Source: Bdellovibrionales bacterium
Lineage (GTDB): Bacteria > Bdellovibrionota > Bdellovibrionia > Bdellovibrionales > DASUEL01
NCBI GenBank assembly: GCA_050250255.1
Contig: JBFWOZ010000003.1
Span: forward strand, 32,001-96,000
Direction of reading: 5' to 3'
Length of the DNA: 64,000 nt
Shown here: piece by piece, positions 20,460 through 30,682 of the stretch
Position numbering within the stretch: position 1 is the first letter of the stretch
How the letters are laid out: each line of letters opens with the position of its first letter
Program-made: the position numbers and the translations under genes
The notes under the pieces: model-generated
The model's database searches: none
Told to the model about the DNA's origin: nothing
Seen by the model: only the letters and a program-made list of their open reading frames with translations

Positions 20460-21301
20460 AAGAAAATTTTTCGAGACAGCTAGGTGTTTCCCTTTGTTTA
20501 TCTCTGGGGAGTGTTTTTTTATTTATTATCAGTTGCACGAACATTGGCCTTTCTCAGCTCAATGACCGAGTTTCTGATAACTTTTCTGGCGGTCTCGCCG
20601 CTCCAGCCGATATCGATCCGACAGGAACAAACCAATTTTCTTTTGTTGTAATGGGAGACACTCACGTAGGGAGTCCTGGTGGGGGCGTAATTGATCGGAT
20701 TGCAAGTCTTGCTCAAGCAAACGGTGATGCGTTTGCGGTTGTCACCGGTGATTTAACTCACGGTGGTTTGGAGGGTGAATTCAGCCAATTTAAAGCGATA
20801 TTTGATCGCTTCTCCCTACCTTGGAGAGCCGCGATCGGGAATCATGACATCTTTTTTGGTGGATGGTCTCGTTACCGCACACAGATTGGGCGAAGTATTT
20901 ATTCCTTCAATGCGGATAATGCCCATATCGTTATGCTCGACACGGCAAATGGAGTGATGGGACAGAATCAGCTGGAATGGCTTGAACAAGATCTCAGCCG
21001 CAATACGCGGCCGCATGTTATTTTAGTGTCTCATTTCTCACCGTGGAACGGCCATTTTTCAAGCATCTATCGGATGTCTTCCGAAGAGGAAGCGGCGATC
21101 GTGAAGGACATTGCTTATCGACACGGAGTAGACCTTTATTTTGCGGGTCATTATCACGGACACGCGGAAGGTGATCTCGGTAATACAAAATATATTGTGA
21201 CCGGCGGAGCCAACGATCAAATGGATTTGGGGCAACGACAAAACTTCATTCGCGTAAGAGTGAATGGGGACAGCATAAGTGCGGAATCAAACTTCTTCTA
21301 A
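20456..21301 (+). CDS. Exported calcineurin-like metallophosphoesterase (probable lipoprotein)
   Basis: GDTH, TGDLT, GNHD, SH, GHYH; IISC possible lipobox. Confidence 0.88.
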   Translation: MKENFSRQLGVSLCLSLGSVFLFIISCTNIGLSQLNDRVSDNFSGGLAAPADIDPTGTNQFSFVVMGDTHVGSPGGGVIDRIASLAQANGDAFAVVTGDLTHGGLEGEFSQFKAIFDRFSLPWRAAIGNHDIFFGGWSRYRTQIGRSIYSFNADNAHIVMLDTANGVMGQNQLEWLEQDLSRNTRPHVILVSHFSPWNGHFSSIYRMSSEEEAAIVKDIAYRHGVDLYFAGHYHGHAEGDLGNTKYIVTGGANDQMDLGQRQNFIRVRVNGDSISAESNFF

Positions 21302-21386
21302 TAAGGTGCCAGGTTCCGTTTCCGGGTCACACCACGTCATAAAATGGACGCGGTGTGACCCGGAAACGGAACCTGGCACCTTATTA
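21299..21386. repeat. Long perfect inverted repeat (35-bp arms), REP/MITE-like or bidirectional terminator
   Basis: TAATAAGGTGCCAGGTTCCGTTTCCGGGTCACACC (21299-21333) and its exact reverse complement (21352-21386) between convergent genes. Confidence 0.9.
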
Positions 21387-21395
21387 TGGCACCTT

Positions 21396-22760
21396 TTAGA
21401 GGAGGTCGCCGAAATCTTCGCGATCGGGGAGCGGGCTAGAGCCCAAAGCAGCGTGTGATTGGTGCTTTTTTGAGTGACCGCTTTGAATTTCCAGAAATAA
21501 ATCTTCAATACGATCGGCAGATGCCGTGTTCTCTTCACCAATCAAAGTTTGGGGGACGAGAGGGTTTTGAAAAAGAGCCTCCGTGCCAGCGAGTGTGGGT
21601 CTTGTAACTTCTAGTATCGATGCAGAAGGAATGACCTCTGCTTGGAGTTTCACTTGGCGAATACGCAAACGAAGGAGTTCATTTTCTTTCCGGGCTTCTT
21701 GCATATCTTCGCTCAATTTTTGATTGAGACGCTGAGCAGCTCCCAAATGGGCTTCGAGCATCTCTGCGTTCTTCTTGCTTTCTGTCCATAGCTCTTCAAC
21801 CGTCCTGATATCGCCTTGCAGTTTTTGGATATCTGCCTGGTACGAAGCCTCAAGGGTCAAAAGCTTGCGCTCAGCCAAAATAGTCTTGTTTTCGTGAGCG
21901 GCGTTAGCCTCTTCGAATTTATTTTTTATAATTGTGGTTTGTTCCAGTTTTTGTTTTTGGTGTTCAAAGTCGATTTTGTAAAGTTCGAGTTCTTTAGAAA
22001 TATGGCCATAACGTTTTTCGTGATAATCCACGAGCGTTTTCTGATCTTGTTCGAAGTGGTCAGACTGAGCTTTCATATGCGTTAGTAGCTCTTGAATTCG
22101 TGCTCCAAGCTCATGACTTTTGAGTTCGCTTCTTTGGGCTTTATCTGTCTGCGTTTGAAGATCAAATTTTAAACTTTTCACCCATGGGCGAACATTCTTT
22201 TTTATTTTGGATTTATATTTTTCAAACCACTGAAGCTTTTGCTGTAAAGCAGGTACCAAGGAAGCTTCATTTTTATATTTTCTAAAAAGAGGAGTGATTA
22301 CTTCTCGGATGCGGCGGTGATACTGTTCTAACCGACGAATATGGCCGATAAATAGGGCGCGATCTTTCTCTGTTTTCTCTTTGAGATTTCGGTGATCGAT
22401 AACGAGATTAGCGTATGCTTTTTCTGCATTTTCTTTATCGATACGGTATGTGATTACTAAATTTTCTTGAGTTTGGAAACGCTTGTGAAGAACTTGGATT
22501 TCTTCTTTGTAAGCTTCTTTTTGAGACTGAAATTGTGTGAATTGATTTTGGTAATGTTGAATACCTTGCTCTAAATCACTCACCCGGCGGATATGAATAT
22601 TTAATCTTGTCGAGAGATCTATATTTTGTTGAATCAAACTTTCAATCGCAACGGAGTGTGTTGAGTTGTGTGTTTGAAAAGCAACATCCAATGTCGCCGG
22701 TTCAGAAGGAATGGGAACATTGATTTCTGTATGATTTTGAGACGACATGAAAAACCTCAT
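21396..22760 (-). CDS. Long coiled-coil cytoplasmic protein
   Basis: 454-aa ORF rich in E/K/Q/L heptads, no signal peptide. Confidence 0.75.
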   Translation of the reverse strand: MRFFMSSQNHTEINVPIPSEPATLDVAFQTHNSTHSVAIESLIQQNIDLSTRLNIHIRRVSDLEQGIQHYQNQFTQFQSQKEAYKEEIQVLHKRFQTQENLVITYRIDKENAEKAYANLVIDHRNLKEKTEKDRALFIGHIRRLEQYHRRIREVITPLFRKYKNEASLVPALQQKLQWFEKYKSKIKKNVRPWVKSLKFDLQTQTDKAQRSELKSHELGARIQELLTHMKAQSDHFEQDQKTLVDYHEKRYGHISKELELYKIDFEHQKQKLEQTTIIKNKFEEANAAHENKTILAERKLLTLEASYQADIQKLQGDIRTVEELWTESKKNAEMLEAHLGAAQRLNQKLSEDMQEARKENELLRLRIRQVKLQAEVIPSASILEVTRPTLAGTEALFQNPLVPQTLIGEENTASADRIEDLFLEIQSGHSKKHQSHAALGSSPLPDREDFGDLL

Positions 22761-22774
22761 CCTAAAGCTTTAGC

Positions 22775-22793
22775 AGGTCTCGATATGAGACCT
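22775..22793. promoter_or_regulatory. Palindromic operator-like site
   Basis: AGGTCTC-GATAT-GAGACCT in a divergent intergenic region. Confidence 0.5.
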
Positions 22794-22861
22794 ATGGTTC
22801 TATTTTATGTTCCACAGCGAGCCTGTCAAAAGACCTAGGCAATATATTCTATGTTCTCGAT

Positions 22862-22889
22862 TTAAGTCCTGATCGTGGGTGTCCGAAAA
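22862..22889 (+). promoter_or_regulatory. Sigma28 (FliA)-like promoter
   Basis: TTAA(G)-N16-TCCGAAAA ending 8 nt before ATG 22898. Confidence 0.55.
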
Positions 22890-22897
22890 GTTCTTAT

Positions 22898-23461
22898 ATG
22901 GCTGATAATACAGCAAAAAAAGATCTTGAATTAGTCGAAGGCGAGGAAACCGAAGAGCATTTTGAAGAAGAAATGGTCTCTGACGGTAATCCTGATTCGT
23001 TAGGGAATGCCATCGTCCAATTTACGACTGCCGAAAAATATGACCGCGCGATTCGAGAGCTAAGAGCTTATCAAGAGTACAAAGCAAACTATCCGACGTA
23101 TGCCGACAGAACGGATCGCTTATTTGAACATATCGAGAACGTTATCAACGCGATTCGCTCGAAAAAGAACCTTACTCGTGCAGTGAACATTTCTGCATCA
23201 AAAAGAAAAGAAATCAGTCAGGTGGTCGGTCACCACATCAAGCAACTTAAAGGGAGTCTCCAGCGTGTTGTACAGATTGAACAGCAGCTTCGTATGAAAG
23301 ACTCCAGGTCTACCATTTGGGTTGTAAAGGCTATGTTTTTAAGCTGTTTTGCAATAGGCGGGATAGCTCTTTTTATGGAAGCTTACGAACATATGCAGGT
23401 TTCTTATGAGCTTTTGCTACAGCATCTGGAAAGCATCATCGCACGTTTACTCAATTTATAA
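22898..23461 (+). CDS. Hypothetical helical protein with C-terminal TM segment
   Basis: 187-aa ORF, acidic N-terminus, hydrophobic IWVVKAMFLSCFAIGGIALF. Confidence 0.7.
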   Translation: MADNTAKKDLELVEGEETEEHFEEEMVSDGNPDSLGNAIVQFTTAEKYDRAIRELRAYQEYKANYPTYADRTDRLFEHIENVINAIRSKKNLTRAVNISASKRKEISQVVGHHIKQLKGSLQRVVQIEQQLRMKDSRSTIWVVKAMFLSCFAIGGIALFMEAYEHMQVSYELLLQHLESIIARLLNL

Positions 23462-24628
23462 ATTTTTATAGGCGGCTTCAAGGATCGGTATAAAAAAGCC
23501 GGCAGGTAGTTGCCGACCATTCACGAAGATGGATGGTGTGCCTTCGATGCCAGCACTTTTCCCTTGTGCAGCTTGAGCTCGAATCACATTCGTCGTTTCT
23601 TCAGAGCTAAGGCACTGGCTCAAAGTTGCGTAATCTAAGCCTAAATCTTTAGAAGCAAGTTCAAAGTTAGACTGATCCGCTTGTCCTTGTTTATGAAAAA
23701 CCCAATCATGAATCGCCCAGCCCTTATTTTGTTGTTCGCTACAATAAGTGCTTTTTGCTAATGGACAGGTACGCCCTTCGCGAGGAATGGCGGCATTACA
23801 TGCTCCATCGAGAGGGTAGTTTAGAAAAATCAGCTGAACATCGTTACGAGAGTTGGCGAAAGCATGCAGACTAGGAGCCGCTCTTTTGCAATGTGGGCAA
23901 CCAAAATCTGCAAATTCGACGATGGTCATTTTGTACTGACCCGCTTTGTCTCGAAGATGAAGTCCGGTGCTGGTATCAAAAGTGTTCACGCGAGCCGTTT
24001 TCCAGTTATTCAGGGCATCCGTTATAATCACGTCTAAATTTTTTACGTGAGAGGAAACGGCCATGCTATCGGCCATAAATGTGAAAACAGGAATGAGCAA
24101 AAGAAACACAAGAGGCGTTCTAGAGCCATCAGGACCTGGGGCAAAAAGCGTTTTGACGTCTGAAGGTAAAAGAGAGAAATCCAAAGATTCTAAATTTTTA
24201 AATGTACCAATCCATGTGAGAAGTGAAAGTACATAGGCAAAAATACAAAAAAGACAGAAAGTGCCGAGTTGAGTGAAGGAAATAACACCCATAACGATAG
24301 AGCCTAAGAGAATAAAGCTTGCGATATAAAAACTGAGGCGACGAAGAAAGGGCGTTGCGGAAGCGATAAGTTGCCAAAAAAGAAAAAGAGCAAGAACGGT
24401 ATTAGTGAGTGCCGCCCAAAGAGCGATGGGTTTTCCAAGGAATTCAGAAAAAGGACTTGTGTTGACCGTGTCACAGCTAAAAGTTTGGTTGATATTACAA
24501 ATACTCGGAGAGTCTGAGGCCCCAAATATTAAAGTATAGTGATGTTGGGTGAGGTACATATGCACACCCACCGCGATCACGGTGGAAACCAGAGATAACC
24601 AAAGGGGCCATTTCGTTTGATGTTTCAT
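23456..24628 (-). CDS. VKOR-DsbA fusion disulfide-formation protein
   Basis: VKOR loop CNINQTFSC and CLFC; thioredoxin-fold EFADFGCPHC and GIEGTP. Confidence 0.9.
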   Translation of the reverse strand: MKHQTKWPLWLSLVSTVIAVGVHMYLTQHHYTLIFGASDSPSICNINQTFSCDTVNTSPFSEFLGKPIALWAALTNTVLALFLFWQLIASATPFLRRLSFYIASFILLGSIVMGVISFTQLGTFCLFCIFAYVLSLLTWIGTFKNLESLDFSLLPSDVKTLFAPGPDGSRTPLVFLLLIPVFTFMADSMAVSSHVKNLDVIITDALNNWKTARVNTFDTSTGLHLRDKAGQYKMTIVEFADFGCPHCKRAAPSLHAFANSRNDVQLIFLNYPLDGACNAAIPREGRTCPLAKSTYCSEQQNKGWAIHDWVFHKQGQADQSNFELASKDLGLDYATLSQCLSSEETTNVIRAQAAQGKSAGIEGTPSIFVNGRQLPAGFFIPILEAAYKNL

Positions 24629-24639
24629 ATAGCTCGGGT

Positions 24640-26250
24640 ATGATAACTCTCATGTCGAGATCATTGCAACCAAGTTGGCTGCGAGCGCGAAAGTTACTAT
24701 TGCAACGGGTCAAGGAGCATATCGGATCATTGCTAGGTCCGCTTCCTAGGGACCTGTATAGCGCCCGAAAACGTTATGAAAAGGAATTTGGTTCGGGATG
24801 GACGATTTCTAGTTCCGATGAGCTTCTTAAAAGAGTCGAAGAAAGCCGTATCGTTTTAGGGGCCGATTTTCATGCTCATGTTCAATCTCAGCGTACCCAC
24901 TTAAGAATTTTAAGGTCTTTACCTCAGCGAAAAAAAATCATGTTAGCTCTGGAAGTTTTCCCTGTTCGGGAGCAGAGGAATCTTGACCTCTATCTGCAGA
25001 AAAAACTTACGGAAGCTCAATTTCTCAAACGTATTCGATGGGACGAGGTATGGGGATTCCCATGGAAACACTACCGGCCCTTGCTACAGCTGGCGCAGGA
25101 AAGAGGTTACAAAGTTGTCGCTTTGAATAGCTCTGTGAATAAAACAAACGAGCGGAGCTTAAATCAACGCGAAAAAATGGCTGTTCAAGTTCTGCAAAAA
25201 AAAATTAAAACCTCACCTGAGGCTCTGATTTACATCGTTTTTGGAGATCTACATCTTTCGCGCGCACAATTGCCTCAAAAACTTCTTCCGCTTCTAAAAA
25301 AACCTTCAGATTTACTAGTGATTCATCAAGATTCAGAAAGTCTTTACTTTAAGCTAGCGATACAAAAAGTAGAAAACAAGGTTTCGGTCCTGCGCAAAGG
25401 AAAAAATCATTTTTGTGTTATGACGTCTCCTCCTTGGGTCCGTTGGCAAAACTACCAACTTTTTCTCGAAGGGGAGGGCGAGCAAGAATTAGAGATGAAA
25501 TTAGACCCTACAGAATGGGTGCGCCACTTGCTCCAAGTGGTGATGGAGGATTTGTCTCTAAAACTTCCGGCGCAGGACTTTGAGGCGTTTGATTTACAAA
25601 GCGAAAACGTCTGGCGTTTGTTAGAAAAAAATCTTTCTCAAAAAGAATTATTGATGGCTCAGCATCTAATGGGCCGTAATCGTAGTTTTTTTCTTCCAGG
25701 AAAGAAAAATTTTATTTTGTTAAGTCATAACATCAACCACGTATCTGCCCTGTGCGGAGACTATTTGCAATGTCAATTGAGTGGTAGGAAAACAACCCTT
25801 TGGAACTTTTCTCAAGATTTTGAGGCCGCGGTTTGGTTGGAAACGCTTTGTTTTTTTGCAAGTAAGTTGATGAACCATCGCCGCAAGCCAGATCGCATCG
25901 AAGATCTCATGACCCAAGGTGCAGAAATGAAAGAGACTCTCCTCCTGGTTTTGGGTTTGAAAATGAAGTTTTTGAAATGGGCTCAAGGTCCTGAAGGACA
26001 TTTTGATGTCTCGAAAAAGTTTAAACCAAGACGAAAATCGAGTTACTTTCATGCAGCTCAGGTCCTGGGGGGCCTGCTCGGCGAACGTCTTTTTGCAAAT
26101 TATCGGTCTGGCGTTATAAGATCAAAGAAGGTCCAAGAGTGGATGGCTTTTGATGTTTATAACGAGAGCTTTCATGATTTTTTCAAATCTCGTATTAAGC
26201 AGTTAGAAGTTGTTCCCTCCTGGCTAGAAGAACAAGATGTTCGGTTATAA
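24640..26250 (+). CDS. ChaN/TIKI-superfamily domain protein with C-terminal extension
   Basis: VLGADFH, LALEVF, WGFPWKHYRPLL, VVALN, FGDLHL. Confidence 0.7.
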   Translation: MITLMSRSLQPSWLRARKLLLQRVKEHIGSLLGPLPRDLYSARKRYEKEFGSGWTISSSDELLKRVEESRIVLGADFHAHVQSQRTHLRILRSLPQRKKIMLALEVFPVREQRNLDLYLQKKLTEAQFLKRIRWDEVWGFPWKHYRPLLQLAQERGYKVVALNSSVNKTNERSLNQREKMAVQVLQKKIKTSPEALIYIVFGDLHLSRAQLPQKLLPLLKKPSDLLVIHQDSESLYFKLAIQKVENKVSVLRKGKNHFCVMTSPPWVRWQNYQLFLEGEGEQELEMKLDPTEWVRHLLQVVMEDLSLKLPAQDFEAFDLQSENVWRLLEKNLSQKELLMAQHLMGRNRSFFLPGKKNFILLSHNINHVSALCGDYLQCQLSGRKTTLWNFSQDFEAAVWLETLCFFASKLMNHRRKPDRIEDLMTQGAEMKETLLLVLGLKMKFLKWAQGPEGHFDVSKKFKPRRKSSYFHAAQVLGGLLGERLFANYRSGVIRSKKVQEWMAFDVYNESFHDFFKSRIKQLEVVPSWLEEQDVRL

Positions 26251-26272
26251 TTCTCAAAGAGGAGAGTTCGTC

Positions 26273-27808
26273 ATGGAATGGTTTCTCTATCGATCAGGAC
26301 AGGTAGAAGGTCCTCTTAGTCAATTAGAGCTTCTGACAAAAATTAATACAGGAGAAATTAACGATGATGAGCTCATGTGTCGTAAAGGTGATGAACATTG
26401 GAAAACTCTAAAAGAGTTTCGTCCGGAATTGATCGTCAAGATTTCCGATCACGCAGAGTTGCAACCTCATACCTCCAAAGAGTGGATTCTCCTCGTAGAG
26501 AATATGTCACTTGAAGATGGCGAGCTGAAGCAAGGACAGTTTGTTCAGAATGGGCCATTCACCAAAGAAGAAGTTGTGGATTTAATCCAAACAGGAAAAG
26601 CAAAGTACTCAGATTATATTTGGAAATCAGAATTCGTTCAGTGGTCTCGCATTAACGAAGTAGATGAATTTTTCCATTCAGGGACTTCCAGGAACGTGAT
26701 GGATTTTATTGAGCCTGCAGAAGCCGTTGCTTCTGATGTAGAGGCGACTCCAGAAGCGCTTCTTGAAAATGTACTCAAGCAAGTCAGCCCTACTCAGCAT
26801 TTAGATTTTGTAGAAAGTTTTCCTGAGGCGATGGAGCCGGTCACGGAGCTATCTCCCCAAACAGAGCCTTTAATCGTTTCAGCAGCGGCGGAAGAAGTGG
26901 AGCCAGTAGAAGAGGAAACAGCTTTCACTGCAGCTCCTAGTGAAGAAGTCATCGAAGAGCCAGAGGAAGAGTCTGCGACGGTCTCTGAACAACCAATATC
27001 TTTAGGGGCGTTCACTCTCTCTGAGCGTCTTCAGGAAGAACCACGCAAATTAGAAGTGACAAAGCAACCCCTTCAGGAATCTGCCTGGAACTTTAAAAAA
27101 CAGATCGATAAGGCTGCACAGGGACAATTACTTCCTTGGGTGATGCTCAGTCTTTCGCTTGCGATGACCGGCCTTTTTTCTGTCTGGTACTTCACGCAAG
27201 AACCTGATGTTGCACCAAGCGCTCTTCATGTTCCTCATCAGCAAAACAAAAATCCTGATTTACAAAAACCATCTATAAATCCGAAAAAAGAAAACATGAC
27301 TAAGGAAGAGCCAAAAACGGCGGGGCGTACAGAGGCGCTGGACATTCCGGCAAAGACAAGGGTCGCTGCTAAAAAGAATAAACCTGTCGCCAAAATGGCA
27401 CAGAAGTCAAAGGCAGCTTCAGTTGCAAAAAAGGTGGCTTCGAAACCAGCCAGTAAGAAGGTCATATCTTCACCAGTTGTCGAAAAAATTGCGACAAGAT
27501 ACCAGAAAAAGGCCGAGCTTCTTGATCGTCAATATGCACGCTTAAAAGACCGTCCATTTGAATGGAAACGTTTTTATACGAACTGGAAAGCGGAGCTTCA
27601 TCAAGCAGAAGAGGGGAATCTTTCGCGCGCTTCGAATAGTGCTTTGATGAGAAAACTAAGTTTGGGAAAAAGAAGATTGGTCCAACGGGCAGATATGATG
27701 GACCAATCAATTTCTAGTGAAAAAGCTGTCTCTTCAGATTTTGAAGAAGAGAATATCCCTCAGATATTCAAAAATATTACTCAGCAAGCACGGAGCAAGA
27801 AGCAATAA
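26273..27808 (+). CDS. Tandem GYF_2 (DUF4339) domain membrane protein
   Basis: WFLYRSGQVEGPLS and QNGPFT...YIWKSEFVQW; acidic linker; single TM; RBS GAGGAG. Confidence 0.75.
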   Translation: MEWFLYRSGQVEGPLSQLELLTKINTGEINDDELMCRKGDEHWKTLKEFRPELIVKISDHAELQPHTSKEWILLVENMSLEDGELKQGQFVQNGPFTKEEVVDLIQTGKAKYSDYIWKSEFVQWSRINEVDEFFHSGTSRNVMDFIEPAEAVASDVEATPEALLENVLKQVSPTQHLDFVESFPEAMEPVTELSPQTEPLIVSAAAEEVEPVEEETAFTAAPSEEVIEEPEEESATVSEQPISLGAFTLSERLQEEPRKLEVTKQPLQESAWNFKKQIDKAAQGQLLPWVMLSLSLAMTGLFSVWYFTQEPDVAPSALHVPHQQNKNPDLQKPSINPKKENMTKEEPKTAGRTEALDIPAKTRVAAKKNKPVAKMAQKSKAASVAKKVASKPASKKVISSPVVEKIATRYQKKAELLDRQYARLKDRPFEWKRFYTNWKAELHQAEEGNLSRASNSALMRKLSLGKRRLVQRADMMDQSISSEKAVSSDFEEENIPQIFKNITQQARSKKQ

Positions 27809-27809
27809 A

Positions 27810-28103
27810 TTACTGCTTCTTTTTTGAAGGCTTAGCGACGAATTCTTTAAATTCTTTTCCAGCGCGAAATTTTGGAACTTGAGTCGCTGGAAGATTAAAA
27901 GTTTCCCCTGTCTGAGGATTGCGGCCTGTGCGCGCCTTGCGATCGGCTAAAGTGAAAGTTCCAAAGCCTACAAGCTTTACACCTTCTCCTGTTGATACCG
28001 CACTTTGAATAATCTCAAGGGTTGCGTCTAAAAACGATTCCGATTGTACTTTTGTAAGTTGAGCTTTGAGAGCAAGTTTTTCGACGAGTTGAGCTTTATT
28101 CAT
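27810..28103 (-). CDS. hup: HU family DNA-binding protein
   Basis: MNKAQL, VKLVGFGTF, RTGRNPQTG, PKFRAGK. Confidence 0.95.
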   Translation of the reverse strand: MNKAQLVEKLALKAQLTKVQSESFLDATLEIIQSAVSTGEGVKLVGFGTFTLADRKARTGRNPQTGETFNLPATQVPKFRAGKEFKEFVAKPSKKKQ

Positions 28104-28250
28104 CTGGCGATTCCTCCGTGAAGAACGTGTGTTTAAGTTTTTATTTTAGAAAGAGAGAAAGATTTAATTCCGGTCAGAATTTTGGTCAAGAAAATTGATC
28201 TCGAATGTTTACTTTCAAAACGCGGCAATTATTGGTATGGTGGAAAAATC

Positions 28251-29948
28251 ATGTTGACATCATTAAAACAAAAAATAACCGCAAAGCTTTCTGAATTTAC
28301 GAGTTTATCCGAGGCAGAAGTGCTTGACTTGCTTGAGGTGCCTAAAAATCAGGAGCATGGAGAGCTCTCACTTCCGGTTTTTTCTTTAGCAAAGCGTTTT
28401 AAAAAAGCACCTGCTCTGATCGCAAGTGATGTCAAAGAAAAGATGTCATCAAGCGGAATTTCTGAGCTGCAAAATGTGGATTCTGTTGCAGGTTTTGTGA
28501 ATTTTAAATTTGATGCGCGCTATCTTCAAAAAATCCTTCTTGATACAACGAGTAAAAAAAATATTGGTTTTACGACCGTAGGTGTTGGAAAAACTGTCAT
28601 CATTGATTATTCGTCTCCTAATGTCGCAAAACCTATGAGTATTGGCCATTTACGAGCCACCGTCATCGGGCAGGCGATACGAAACTTAGCAGAAAGCCAA
28701 GGCTATAAAGTCATTGGTATTAATCACTTGGGGGACTGGGGCGTACAGTTCGGAAAATTGGCGTGGGCTTACACAAATTGGGGCAAAGAATACCCTTTTC
28801 AAGAAAAACCTTTTGAATCTCTTTTCCAGCTTTATGTGCGCTTTCATGAAGAAGCGGAAAAAGATAAAAATCTCGATGCTCAGGGCTCGGCCTACTTCAA
28901 GCGCTTGGAGCAAGGGGATGCCGAAATTCAAAAGTTGTGGCGTCTTTTTTTAGATATTTCTATGCAGGAGTATCAACGTATTTATGGGCTCCTTAATATT
29001 CACTTTGATTTGATTCAAGGTGAGGCTTTCTACAACGATCATTTGGCCCCTACGGAAAAACGTTTAAAAGATGCGGGAATTTTGGAAGAAAGCCAAGGCG
29101 CTCAAGTGGTCTTTATTAAAGACGATATGCCTCCCTGTATTATTCGTAAATCTGATGGAACATCTCTTTATGCAACTCGTGATATTGCTTCGGCAATTTA
29201 CCGTCGTGAAGTTTTAAAAGGAGATAAAATTCTTTATGTTGTAGGCGTAGATCAGATGCTTCACTTTCAACAGGTCTTCGGGGTTTTAAAAAAGATGGGA
29301 TATGCATGGGCCGAAGGCTGCGAGCATATCGCATTTGGAATGTATCGTTTTAAAGATGAGGGTAAGATGTCCACTCGCCGTGGCCGTGTGATTTTTATGG
29401 ACGATGTTCTACAGCGTGCCATTGAAATTGTGAGAAAACGTGTTGAAGAAAAAAATCCTGATTTACCGAACATTGAGAAGATTGCTCAGCAGGTCGGTGT
29501 GGGCGCGATTGTTTTTAACGATCTCGTCAACGATCGAGTGAAGAATGTGGATTTTGATTGGGACCGTGTTTTAGATTTTGAAGGGGATAGTGGGCCTTAC
29601 GTACAATATTGTTCAGTAAGATGTTCCAGTATTCTTAAAAAATACGGTAAAGAAGTTGAGAAGAAGTTTGAAGTCACTTTAGATTCTCCAGAAGAGCGTG
29701 TATTGATGCGAACGCTCTTACTCTACGAAGACACACTTAAGACGGCCTTTTCGCTCTATCGACCAAATGTGGTGGCTCAGTATCTCCTGGACCTCTGTCG
29801 AGCCTTCAATCACTTCTACCAGAAGCATAGAATCCTAGATGGCGAAGAAGCTCTAAAGATTTCTAGGCTTTCTTTGGTGCTTTGCACACAAGATGTTATC
29901 AATTCCGGGCTAAAGGTCCTGGGAATGCAAGCCCCAGAGCAGATGTAA
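28251..29948 (+). CDS. argS: Arginyl-tRNA synthetase
   Basis: DYSSPNVAKPMSIGHLR, NHLGDWGVQFG, KMSTRRG, EGDSGPYVQY, terminal PEQM. Confidence 0.97.
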   Translation: MLTSLKQKITAKLSEFTSLSEAEVLDLLEVPKNQEHGELSLPVFSLAKRFKKAPALIASDVKEKMSSSGISELQNVDSVAGFVNFKFDARYLQKILLDTTSKKNIGFTTVGVGKTVIIDYSSPNVAKPMSIGHLRATVIGQAIRNLAESQGYKVIGINHLGDWGVQFGKLAWAYTNWGKEYPFQEKPFESLFQLYVRFHEEAEKDKNLDAQGSAYFKRLEQGDAEIQKLWRLFLDISMQEYQRIYGLLNIHFDLIQGEAFYNDHLAPTEKRLKDAGILEESQGAQVVFIKDDMPPCIIRKSDGTSLYATRDIASAIYRREVLKGDKILYVVGVDQMLHFQQVFGVLKKMGYAWAEGCEHIAFGMYRFKDEGKMSTRRGRVIFMDDVLQRAIEIVRKRVEEKNPDLPNIEKIAQQVGVGAIVFNDLVNDRVKNVDFDWDRVLDFEGDSGPYVQYCSVRCSSILKKYGKEVEKKFEVTLDSPEERVLMRTLLLYEDTLKTAFSLYRPNVVAQYLLDLCRAFNHFYQKHRILDGEEALKISRLSLVLCTQDVINSGLKVLGMQAPEQM

Positions 29949-30004
29949 TTCGCGAAAATCCTCAATTCATCTCATATCTTGTCGTGTTTTGACCGATAGG
30001 ATTC

Positions 30005-30682
30005 TTGATGTCACTCAAGGCGTTTAGCTTTTGGATTTTGATCCTCACCATAGGAATTCTCCAGTGGTATTCCTATGTTCGCGAACACTTCAACGGAAAA
30101 GTGTTCTACGAGCACCGTACAAAAGTGCTCGAGGCACAGCTTCGCCGCCAAGAAATGAAAACCGCTCTTGCTTATTATCAACTTCAAGATTTCCAGCAAT
30201 CCGTCGCTACGATTTTACCCAAAGCTTCTAAAGAATTAGGAGCTTATCAAAAGCGTACGATTGCAAGTATTGTACAGGCGCCAGATTCAGAAAAACTAAG
30301 CATTCAAGATTCAAGCGCACTTTTTGAAAAAGCAAAACGCCATTTTCGTTCTGAGGAATTCGATGAGGCATCAGATCTTCTGAAGAAACTTATTGAGCAA
30401 TTTCCGCTTTCAAGTCACGTGATTGACTCTTATTTTTTATTAGTAGAGAGCACGTATCAGATGAACGAGCTCGATGAATGCGCAGATTACATTGATTCAA
30501 TGGTCACCCTCTTTCCAGAGCATGATCTGACCGGTTTTGCGCTCTTAAGAATGGGACAAATTTTTACGTCGCGTGATCGTCTTGAAGACGCGGAACAAAT
30601 TTATAATACAGTTATTAATAACTTTAAGAATCCAGAAATGACGGAACAGGCGTCTAAACTTCTTAAAGAGATTTCTTTATGA
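30005..30682 (+). CDS. Membrane-anchored TPR protein (CpoB/YbgF- or BamD-like C-terminus)
   Basis: N-terminal TM, coiled coil, TPR helices (LIEQFPLS, ALLRMGQI). Confidence 0.7.
   Translation: MMSLKAFSFWILILTIGILQWYSYVREHFNGKVFYEHRTKVLEAQLRRQEMKTALAYYQLQDFQQSVATILPKASKELGAYQKRTIASIVQAPDSEKLSIQDSSALFEKAKRHFRSEEFDEASDLLKKLIEQFPLSSHVIDSYFLLVESTYQMNELDECADYIDSMVTLFPEHDLTGFALLRMGQIFTSRDRLEDAEQIYNTVINNFKNPEMTEQASKLLKEISL

Noticed and set aside
21287..21541. 84-aa ORF spanning the inverted repeat
   Set aside because: Overlaps the real coiled-coil gene in another frame and reads through the palindrome
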